NCBI GenBank assembly: GCA_964599075.1
Contig: CAZREG010000001.1
Span: forward strand, 123,017 to 187,016
DNA length: 64,000 nt
Reading direction: 5' to 3'
Source: an uncultured Spirochaetaceae bacterium
Lineage (GTDB): Bacteria; Spirochaetota; Spirochaetia; DSM-27196; SLST01
Position 1 is the stretch's first letter, and the number at the start of each line of letters is the position of its first letter. A program made the translations under genes and the position numbers. Below the pieces are notes generated by a model. It searched no databases, was not told the origin of the DNA, and saw only the letters and a program-made list of their open reading frames with translations. Of this stretch, positions 55,387 through 63,435 are shown one piece after another.

Positions 55387-58365
55387 ATGGCAAAAAAGAG
55401 CGTAGAGGCAACTGGTACAGTACAGATCTCCATAGACGAGGGTGGTCTGCGGGCTACCGCTACGTTCGAGCCGGGCGAGGGCGAGGTCTGGACCGGCGAT
55501 CGTCTGCTCGAGGCCATGAGAGAGGCAGGTATAACCGAGGGCTATCGTCCAGACGATGTCAGGGCGGAGTTCGGTCTTGCCGTTGAGCGCGGAACTGTGG
55601 GCCCGTTCGCGGTTGCCCATGGAACGCCGGCAGGCGAGCCGAAACCAGAGAGCGTCCACTGGCTCGAGATCTCCGTTCCCGAAGCGCTCGGGGAGCAGGC
55701 ACAAAAGGTGATCTCCGAGGCACGAGCGCCGGAGATCATTGTAGAGACCCGCGAACGGGTAAAGAAAGAAAAGACGGTAGTACACAAGCCCAAGCTGCCG
55801 TTCATGCCGGAAAAAACGGAAACAGTCCCCTACACAGAGGAGATAGTCCACAAAAAACGGGTCTACATTGATCCAACCGTGGAGCGTACCGGCTACGCCG
55901 CCGAAGGACAGAAACTGGGTACGGTGTTCCCAAGGGATCCCGGTGAGGCCGGGCGAACCGTGACCGGAGAGATCATTCCGCCGCGGCTGCTCGCAGATCC
56001 GCTGTTCTACACCGGTCACGGAGTAACTCGGCAGAAAGACGACCTGATGGCTGCAGAGGACGGGTTCGTCCGCATTGGTGCCAACTGGGTGGACGTGGTC
56101 CCATTCGATACCCATGAGTGGGAGGTGTCGCTCAGCGAGGACAACGCGACCTGCTACTTCAGCTTTGACCCGGGACACGCCCACGCGGCAGCCCCGACCG
56201 GAGAGGAGATTCGCGCGCAGGCGCTTGCGCTCGGCTATCCTGAGGAGCGGCTCTTTTCAGCCGATCAGATTGAAGAGATTGTGCAGCAGGCGGTTGCCCG
56301 GGAGGAGGTGCTGGAGAACGAGCCGCTCACCGGCAGCAGAGATGCGGCGTTCGACATCTTTGTGTCTGAGGATAAACTGCAGGCGGTACTCAACGTTCAC
56401 AAGGCGACCGGAAAGGGCACCGCACTCAACCTGCGCGAGCTTGGCGCGGCAATCAAACGCAGCGGTATCGTGAAGCTGCAGTTCGACCAGATCAAGCAGG
56501 ACATCTCCGCATTTGTCCAGAGCACGGAGACCGAGCTGATTGGCTACACCCTCAGAGAGGGAACGGCTGCAGAACCTGGCCCGGAGAGGAGCGTGGAGTT
56601 CAGCGTTCGGTTCCTGGATGCCGACAGGGCGGCAGAGATCAAGCTGAAGGCCGAACAGGAGGGGCTACCGCCGGAAGTGACCGACAGTGCAACGGAGTTT
56701 CCTCCCGACTGCATTGAGGATGTTGCAGTTGTAGAGTACGACCAACGCATTCTCAGCGTTGCCCCCCCGGTACCCGGCAAGCCGGGTGAGGATGTCTACG
56801 GAAAGCAGATCGAGCCACCCCCGCCCCACGAGCCGGACATTCGCACCTTTGAGTTTGTGGAGCGCGTGGACACCATGGTGGTTGCAAGGCGAAGCGGGAT
56901 GCTGCAGCGGGGCTGGAAAGACCACGCGATTCTTCTGCGGGTAGTCCCGCATGAGGACGCCCAGGTTCGGGTGACGCTCTACAACAGCCGTATGGCCGCG
57001 GCAATCAGCATGAAGCCCGCAACGGGTACCGGCAGCAGGCTCACCTGGGAGACGGTTCAACAGGCAATCGCGGAGAAAGAGATCACCAGTGGGTCCCGCG
57101 AGACTCTCCTCCGAGCCGCTTTCGAGCGGGTTGAGAAGGGCGAACGAATCGATACCCTGATCTTCGCTCGTGGCAAGTACCCGGCCGCAGCGGAGGGCGC
57201 GGGTATGGAGATGCTCATAAACGTTGCGACCGGCAAGGGGATGACCATCAAGAGCGACGGCTCGGCAGACTACCACAATCAGGACCGGATCACGACCGTT
57301 GAAGTGGGAGCACAGATTGCGCGCATCCGCCCGGGCGGCGACAGTGGCCAGGACGGCTGGGATGTCTGCGGCACAAGGCTTGAGGCCGCACAGAGCTCCA
57401 CGGTCAACATCGATATTGGCGAGAATCTGCACCTTGAAGACCAGGAGGATGGGTCACGGATCCTCGTTGCCGACATTGCCGGAGAGCTGCTGGTGGAAGG
57501 CAGCCGGTACCAGATACGGGCAAGCCACTCAGTCGACGGTGATGTTGATCTTCACAGTGGGAACATTCGATTTCCGGGGTCGGTGACTGTGAAAGGGTCG
57601 GTTAGAAGCGGATTCTATGTCATGGCCGGAGGCGCTATCCACGTGGGCGAGCTTGTTGAGGCTGCCCTCCTGAGTGCGGAGGCCGAGATCATTGTAAACC
57701 AGGGCGTGAAGGGGGCCGGGAAGGGCGTGCTGCGGACAAAAACCGAGATTGGGCTTACGTTTGCTGAGCAGGCAACCCTGCTTGCAGTCGACGCAATCCA
57801 GTGTCGCGGCTCGCTCGTGCACTGTGAGGTGAAGACAAACGGCAAGCTCAGCATGATTGGTGACAAGTGTCGCATCATTGGCGGCCGGATCAGATGCCGG
57901 GAAGGAATCGAGACGTTCGATCTGGGATCCGAGCGCGGAGTACGAACCGTTGTCGAGTTTGGCCAGGACTATCTGATCGCCGACCGCATTGAGAAAGAAG
58001 AGCAGGAGATGGAGAAGTTGAAGAAGGAGATCACTCGCATTGATCTCGCGATGAAGGGAGCCGAACGATCGGGCAAGAGTGCTGAGCTGGACACGCTCCA
58101 TGCTCAGAAACTGGGCTATCTGAAGCTGCTGGAAAAGCGGGGTCTTCGGGTGTTCACTCTCCGGGAGCGGTTTGAGGAGCACCACGATTCAAGCTTAAAG
58201 GTGACCGGCACACTCTGGCCCGGAGTTACCATAGAGACACACGGGCGCTCACTGGAGATCACATCCCCAAAGAAGAACGTCATCATCTGGTTCGATCCGA
58301 AGTCCGGGCGAATTGAAGAGACGGGTGCCGCCGAAAAGAAGTCGGGCGGCGGTCAGAAGAAGTGA
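55387..58365 (+). CDS. very large FapA/DUF342-family protein
   Basis: 992 aa. C-terminal beta-helix-like repeat region (GSVRSGFYVMAGGAIHVGELVEAALLSAEAEIIVNQGVKG...) followed by a coiled coil (EKEEQEMEKLKKEI), typical of DUF342. The N-terminus holds several repeats of the FapA_N-like module. Confidence 0.8.
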   Translation: MAKKSVEATGTVQISIDEGGLRATATFEPGEGEVWTGDRLLEAMREAGITEGYRPDDVRAEFGLAVERGTVGPFAVAHGTPAGEPKPESVHWLEISVPEALGEQAQKVISEARAPEIIVETRERVKKEKTVVHKPKLPFMPEKTETVPYTEEIVHKKRVYIDPTVERTGYAAEGQKLGTVFPRDPGEAGRTVTGEIIPPRLLADPLFYTGHGVTRQKDDLMAAEDGFVRIGANWVDVVPFDTHEWEVSLSEDNATCYFSFDPGHAHAAAPTGEEIRAQALALGYPEERLFSADQIEEIVQQAVAREEVLENEPLTGSRDAAFDIFVSEDKLQAVLNVHKATGKGTALNLRELGAAIKRSGIVKLQFDQIKQDISAFVQSTETELIGYTLREGTAAEPGPERSVEFSVRFLDADRAAEIKLKAEQEGLPPEVTDSATEFPPDCIEDVAVVEYDQRILSVAPPVPGKPGEDVYGKQIEPPPPHEPDIRTFEFVERVDTMVVARRSGMLQRGWKDHAILLRVVPHEDAQVRVTLYNSRMAAAISMKPATGTGSRLTWETVQQAIAEKEITSGSRETLLRAAFERVEKGERIDTLIFARGKYPAAAEGAGMEMLINVATGKGMTIKSDGSADYHNQDRITTVEVGAQIARIRPGGDSGQDGWDVCGTRLEAAQSSTVNIDIGENLHLEDQEDGSRILVADIAGELLVEGSRYQIRASHSVDGDVDLHSGNIRFPGSVTVKGSVRSGFYVMAGGAIHVGELVEAALLSAEAEIIVNQGVKGAGKGVLRTKTEIGLTFAEQATLLAVDAIQCRGSLVHCEVKTNGKLSMIGDKCRIIGGRIRCREGIETFDLGSERGVRTVVEFGQDYLIADRIEKEEQEMEKLKKEITRIDLAMKGAERSGKSAELDTLHAQKLGYLKLLEKRGLRVFTLRERFEEHHDSSLKVTGTLWPGVTIETHGRSLEITSPKKNVIIWFDPKSGRIEETGAAEKKSGGGQKK

Positions 58366-59345
58366 CTCCGGGGTATCTGGCGTATCCGAACTGGCTTGCC
58401 CCCGCGCTCTCTTCGGGCCTCCCGCTTCGCTGGTACGGCGTTCTGCTTGCGGGAGCAGTGATCGTTTGCTGGTTCCTGTTCCGCTCTCACACGACCACCT
58501 GTTCGCTTCTTCCCCCCACCCGTGCAGGCAGGGATCTCCAGGCCCGATTCTTCACCTACGTTCTTCTTGGGGCTCTTCTGGGATCACGTCTGGTCTATCT
58601 GCTCACCCAGGACGGGTGGCAGAGCTACCTGAGTCGGCCCTGGCGGATCGTCTGGCCGTTTGAGGATGGAACCTACACCGGGGTTGAGGGCTTCAACGAG
58701 TTCGGGGCAATTGTGGGTGCGAGCGCGGGGGTTATCCTGTTCTCAGCCGTTGCTCGACAGGAGCTGGTCCGCTGGGCAGATGCGCTGGCGCTCACCGGCC
58801 CGCTGTTCACGCTGTTCGCCCGCCTGGGAAGCTTTGCGAACCGTGAGTTCCTGGGCCGGGTGACAACGCTACGCTGGGGAGTTGTGTTTCCAAACGCAGA
58901 ACGCTACCCGGTGGCCGAGCAGCGAATCTCCGCGGTTCTGATGGAGACAGGCGTGCCGGTGGAGCCGGGACAGCTGCTTGTCAACCTGCCGCGCCATCCG
59001 GTCCAGCTCTATGAGGCACTTGTTGCCGGAGTTCTGCTCTGGGCAACAGGCTGGTTTCTCATTCGCACCCGACCACTTTTCCGTGGCGCGACCACGGGAC
59101 TGATCCTGACAGGCCACGGTGTTGTGAGCTTTGTGCTGGGCTACTACCGCGAGGCGGACGACCTGTTCCGGTGGGCCGGCCTGCCCGGCGACCCGCGGTT
59201 TGTGGATACACTCCTCATGGTCACCCCCCATCAGCTGGCCGCTGGTGTGACCGCGCTCGTCGGGGTTGCCATCTGTATCGCTGCACGGATAGCTCACTCA
59301 CCGGAACCGACGGTTGCAACGTATGAGGAAGCTCAGACGGAGTAA
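58362..59345 (+). CDS. lgt: prolipoprotein diacylglyceryl transferase
   Basis: 327 aa, GTG start overlapping the FapA stop (GTGA). LRWYGVLLAGAVIV and HPVQLYEAL motifs. Confidence 0.88.
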   Translation: MTPGYLAYPNWLAPALSSGLPLRWYGVLLAGAVIVCWFLFRSHTTTCSLLPPTRAGRDLQARFFTYVLLGALLGSRLVYLLTQDGWQSYLSRPWRIVWPFEDGTYTGVEGFNEFGAIVGASAGVILFSAVARQELVRWADALALTGPLFTLFARLGSFANREFLGRVTTLRWGVVFPNAERYPVAEQRISAVLMETGVPVEPGQLLVNLPRHPVQLYEALVAGVLLWATGWFLIRTRPLFRGATTGLILTGHGVVSFVLGYYREADDLFRWAGLPGDPRFVDTLLMVTPHQLAAGVTALVGVAICIAARIAHSPEPTVATYEEAQTE

Positions 59346-60730
59346 GTGTACTTGCTCTTCGCCACCCGCTGACGAGAGGCGCGGATCTCATCTCCATAGA
59401 CGGTGAGCAGGCGTCTGATCCGGGCATCGAGCACCGGGAGGCCAAACTCCTGCTTCGCCCGGGCGAAGTTTCGCTCGCTCTGTTCCCGGGTTTGCTCCCG
59501 GTTTTCCAGCACTTCCTTCGTTCGCTCCAGCGCGTCGTCAGGGATGACAAGCGTTCCATCCTCGCTGTAGCTGTCCCGGATCTCGATGTTCTCCAGACCT
59601 GTTGTCTTGATATCGGTCTTGTAGACAAGGTAGGTCGTCGTGACCACCGGCACCCGGGCTGCAATTGCCTCAAGCAGCGCGTTGCCAAACCCCTCCCAGA
59701 TGGGCAGATAGGTGACAAGGTCTGCGTTTGCCAGCACATCGCGGTTGGTGAACAGGAGTCTGCCGGATGGGTCGGTGCCCCTTCGCGCAGCTACTCGATC
59801 GCTTATGAGCGCGAACGGAACGTGGTGGCTCTCCGCAAGTGACTGGATTGAATCGATATAGGTTTCGTCCGGCTCGTCACCCTGATACAGCGAGATGATA
59901 AATCGGACGCGGGTTGCGTACTCAGGAAACTTTGTGATGAAGCGGCCGAGAAAACGGATAGAGTCCTCGATTCGCTTTCTCGGGACAATGCGGGTGGGCT
60001 GGACAACAAGGATGTCGTTGTCTGCATACCCGAGCTCCGCACGGAACCGGCGGTTGTAGTCGTCTAAACTCACCGAGTTGTCGAAGTCCTCACAGTTCGG
60101 GATGACGAAGGGAGAGACGCGCTTGAGCGAGCTCAGGATGTGGGCGGCGTACGAGCTGATCACCACATGCTCGAGCCCCGGGTCAACCGGTGGCATGATC
60201 TTGTTGAGCAGATTGCGGATACGGGTATTGCTGAAGCGGCTGCGTTCCCACCAGAAATCGTGGTGATGGAAGATGGTAGCCACCCGCATCTGCGTTGCAA
60301 GCTGATGAACAGCCAGGCCGCCGGCAATGGTCATTGGCATGGCATTGGTGTTCTCAGCAATGATTACATCGATCGAGTACTCACGCACATAGTCAAAAAG
60401 CTGATGAGCGAGCTCTACGCCCATTGCCTCCATCTGCTCGGTTGCCTCTTTGAGTTGACCGGCGCTGACCGGGCGGGGCCTCTTGTTGATGTGCGGAAAA
60501 ACCAGCTGCTCAAACTCGCGCTGCTCGCCCGTATCAAATCGCAGGCCGGGCAACTCCCACTGACGGTCATCCGGAATCGCGGCGAGGGGCTGACCGTACT
60601 TGCCCGACATGGTAAAGACCTCGTGTCCCTGCGCCAGGAGAACATCGATCCATTTGTCCACTTCCAGTGAAACGCCATCCACGTCACCCAGCTTGCCGCT
60701 GACCACCAGGACTCGGAAAGAATCACTCAT
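59333..60730 (-). CDS. GT-B glycosyltransferase (family 4-like)
   Basis: 465 aa. C-terminal EGFGNALLEAIAARVPVV (E-x7-E type) motif. Acceptor unknown. Confidence 0.8.
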   Translation of the reverse strand: MSDSFRVLVVSGKLGDVDGVSLEVDKWIDVLLAQGHEVFTMSGKYGQPLAAIPDDRQWELPGLRFDTGEQREFEQLVFPHINKRPRPVSAGQLKEATEQMEAMGVELAHQLFDYVREYSIDVIIAENTNAMPMTIAGGLAVHQLATQMRVATIFHHHDFWWERSRFSNTRIRNLLNKIMPPVDPGLEHVVISSYAAHILSSLKRVSPFVIPNCEDFDNSVSLDDYNRRFRAELGYADNDILVVQPTRIVPRKRIEDSIRFLGRFITKFPEYATRVRFIISLYQGDEPDETYIDSIQSLAESHHVPFALISDRVAARRGTDPSGRLLFTNRDVLANADLVTYLPIWEGFGNALLEAIAARVPVVTTTYLVYKTDIKTTGLENIEIRDSYSEDGTLVIPDDALERTKEVLENREQTREQSERNFARAKQEFGLPVLDARIRRLLTVYGDEIRASRQRVAKSKYTYSV

Positions 60731-60761
60731 GGGGCAAACATAGACATTTTAGCCGGCCTGC

Positions 60762-62240
60762 TCAACGAAGATCGTCTTCAGCAGGTGAGGCTTCACCACG
60801 CGCGAGGGCCCCGCGCCAGAACGCCCGAACCCGCTGCTCACCCCGTGCGGTAAGGGAGAGCACGCCGGACTCCAGGCGAACGAATCCGCGGCTGCGAACC
60901 CGTGAGAGCACCTGTTCCACCCGCCGATCGGGCCAGCGCACGTGATCGGGAAGTGACTCGGCAGCCAGTTCGGTGTCCGCTCGTGCTCCGGCGCGGTGCC
61001 GGTAGATGTGACCAAGAACAACCTGTTCCTCGAACCGCAGTCGATCCCGGACACGCCGGACAGAGGCGGAGAGAAGGCCGTAGCGAGGGGAGAGAAGAAG
61101 CGCCACTCCAAAGAAGAAGAGCATGGTGGTGACTATGGAGGCGGAAATGGAAGTATCCCAGCCACCGGGTACCAGCCGATCCAGGTCCAGACCAAACACA
61201 GAGCCACGCGCCAGGTCGTAACCGATCCAGGCGCTCGCGCTTCCCAACAGGGTGCTCTGAACAAGCATCACCGGGAGGCGATCGGTGAGCAGATAGCTGG
61301 TCGCGACCGGAATAATAAAGAACGCAATCACCAGAATTGATCCCACTGCATCAAACGCACCAACGGCAACCAGGCTGACAAGCGTCATCAACAGGTAGAG
61401 CAGCAGTGTAGGCCGGAAGCCGAGCGAGCGGGCCAGCGCAGGGTCAAAGGTTGCAAGCTTGAGCTCTTTGTAGAACAGGGTCACAAAGAGCAGCGAGAGC
61501 AGCGCCATCACGAAGGTGACCGTAATCGCCTGGGGCCAGAACACAAGCGTCGGCTCCTCCTCTGTGAGACCCGCCTGATACGCCTGTGCAGCCGTGTACT
61601 CTCCGCAGTTCGTGCACACCTCCACAAACTGTGCCCCGGCATCCCGCGGGCTAATCCCGTCGCTGCGGCAGTTGGTGCAGCGGCGAGCAAACTCAGCCCG
61701 CGCATCTGTCTCCGTTATCTCAACGGTCTCACAGTCGCCGTAGCAGTGACTGGTGGTGTTTGCCCACGCCACACCGATCTCTCCCACCATCACTGCGTGT
61801 TCATCCAGGTGCACGTCGTCGACAGAGCGACTGACAAAGATCACCGCTACTGCAAAGAGAAGGGGAAACGCCAGTCCAAGCGCCGCATCCTCCTTCACCA
61901 GGCCGGAGCGGTGAATAATCTCCGTGAGCAAGACCGTCCCGACCCCCGCCGCTGCAGCACCCATAAGCAACCAGGGTGAGTTGAGCCGGGGCTCGGCACC
62001 AACCGCCAGCATGACCATAAACGCGACAACTATCCCCAGCAAAACGGTATGGCTGATTGCGTCACTGGTAAGCGAGAGGCCACGAAGAAGCAAAAAGGTG
62101 CCAAGTAATCCTCCGGCCAGCGCAATGAGTGAGCCAACAAGAACCGCCGTGGTCTGCGGGGAGCGGAGGAACTGCGAGAGCGCCTCCCCCTCCACAAAGC
62201 GGGTGATGATCCAGATCAGAAGGCGCTCAGCCAGAAGCAT
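60762..62240 (-). CDS. ABC-3 (TroD/MntD-like) metal importer permease with a Cys-rich loop insertion and a C-terminal winged-helix-like tail
   Basis: Start at ATG 62240 (14-nt overlap with the upstream permease). Core motifs LTSDAISHTVLLG and YKELKLATFDPALA. Extra segments at about 61542-61766 and 60765-61064. Confidence 0.85.
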   Translation of the reverse strand: MLLAERLLIWIITRFVEGEALSQFLRSPQTTAVLVGSLIALAGGLLGTFLLLRGLSLTSDAISHTVLLGIVVAFMVMLAVGAEPRLNSPWLLMGAAAAGVGTVLLTEIIHRSGLVKEDAALGLAFPLLFAVAVIFVSRSVDDVHLDEHAVMVGEIGVAWANTTSHCYGDCETVEITETDARAEFARRCTNCRSDGISPRDAGAQFVEVCTNCGEYTAAQAYQAGLTEEEPTLVFWPQAITVTFVMALLSLLFVTLFYKELKLATFDPALARSLGFRPTLLLYLLMTLVSLVAVGAFDAVGSILVIAFFIIPVATSYLLTDRLPVMLVQSTLLGSASAWIGYDLARGSVFGLDLDRLVPGGWDTSISASIVTTMLFFFGVALLLSPRYGLLSASVRRVRDRLRFEEQVVLGHIYRHRAGARADTELAAESLPDHVRWPDRRVEQVLSRVRSRGFVRLESGVLSLTARGEQRVRAFWRGALARGEASPAEDDLR

Positions 62241-63435
62241 CTGCGTCTCCACTGGGGCGCGAAGAATCGTCGTGCACCCGTGAGAGCCCGGCGCTGGTGA
62301 GCACGTAGCCGTTGGCTGAACGCTCAAGCTCCCCACGGCCGATCAGCTCGCGAATACCGCGCTCTGCGGCCGGCCCGACAACCCCGGTCAGAAACTTTCC
62401 CGGCACCACCACCCGCCGTCTTCCGTGACTCTCTGCGTACCGGTGGCAGGTCTGAAGCACCGTACGTGCAGCAAATCGCTGTCTGTCACGGCGGTGACGA
62501 ACAGCGACCGGAATGACACCACGACCGGGAGCAAAGAGAAGCGAGAGGAGCACGATCATGCTCGCAATGAGAATGATCATGGGCCCCGTTGGCAGATCGG
62601 TATCGAGCGAGCTGGCGATGGCCCCGGTAGCGCCGGCGATCGCACCAAAGAGTGCCGCAAGCGCAACCATGGGCCCCAATCCGCGTACCCACTGTCGGGC
62701 GGCTATACCGGGGGCAATGAGCAGGCCGACCATGAGCACAACGCCGGCGAGCTGCAGTCCAACAACGACGGCAATCACGATCAAGAGAAGCAGGAGTGCG
62801 GTGATCGCGGAGACGCGGTAGCCGTTTGCTCCGGCAAACTCCGGATCAAAGGACACCAGTTTGAACTCTTTCCAGTTCGCCAGCATGACGATCGCACTTC
62901 CCAGGGCCACGCCGGTGAGTATTCGAATGTCCTGGGCGACGATTGCCGCGGCCTGGCCAAAGATAAACGTGTCAAGACCCGCCTGACTCGCGTCGGGTCG
63001 CTGCTGGATAAACGCCAGGATACCTATCCCCACGGCAAACCATCCGGCAAGTACAATGCCCATTGCGGCATCCTGCTTGAGACGGGTCCTCCTGGTGACT
63101 ACAGAGATGAACCATACCCCGCTGAGACTCGCGAGCGTCGCGCCCAGAAGCAGCGCCCAGAGCTCCCGCCCGGCTATCAGGAACGCGATCCCGACTCCCG
63201 GCAGGGCCGCATGACTGAGAGCGTCACCAAGGAGGCTCTGCCGCCGCAGCACCGCGAAACTGCCCACGGCTCCACTGAGCGCGCCAAGCAGCGCGCCACC
63301 GGTGGTGACGGTCCGCAGCGTGTAGGTGAAACGCACCCCGGCTGCCAGGGCAAGAAGCGGAACCAGCGCAAGTGTGGCGGCAGCGAGCGCAAGCACGGCC
63401 CGGGGCCGGCGGTGGATAACGCCACCGGGAATCAT
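62227..63435 (-). CDS. ABC-3 (TroC/MntC-like) metal importer permease with a C-terminal winged-helix-like tail
   Basis: 402 aa. LLGDALSHAALPG and WKEFKLVSFDPEFA. About 90 extra residues after the last TM helix (about 62230-62502). Confidence 0.85.
   Translation of the reverse strand: MIPGGVIHRRPRAVLALAAATLALVPLLALAAGVRFTYTLRTVTTGGALLGALSGAVGSFAVLRRQSLLGDALSHAALPGVGIAFLIAGRELWALLLGATLASLSGVWFISVVTRRTRLKQDAAMGIVLAGWFAVGIGILAFIQQRPDASQAGLDTFIFGQAAAIVAQDIRILTGVALGSAIVMLANWKEFKLVSFDPEFAGANGYRVSAITALLLLLIVIAVVVGLQLAGVVLMVGLLIAPGIAARQWVRGLGPMVALAALFGAIAGATGAIASSLDTDLPTGPMIILIASMIVLLSLLFAPGRGVIPVAVRHRRDRQRFAARTVLQTCHRYAESHGRRRVVVPGKFLTGVVGPAAERGIRELIGRGELERSANGYVLTSAGLSRVHDDSSRPSGDADASG

Noticed and set aside
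55303-56184. 293-aa ORF antisense to the 5' part of the FapA gene
   Set aside because: Shadow ORF with no recognisable family.
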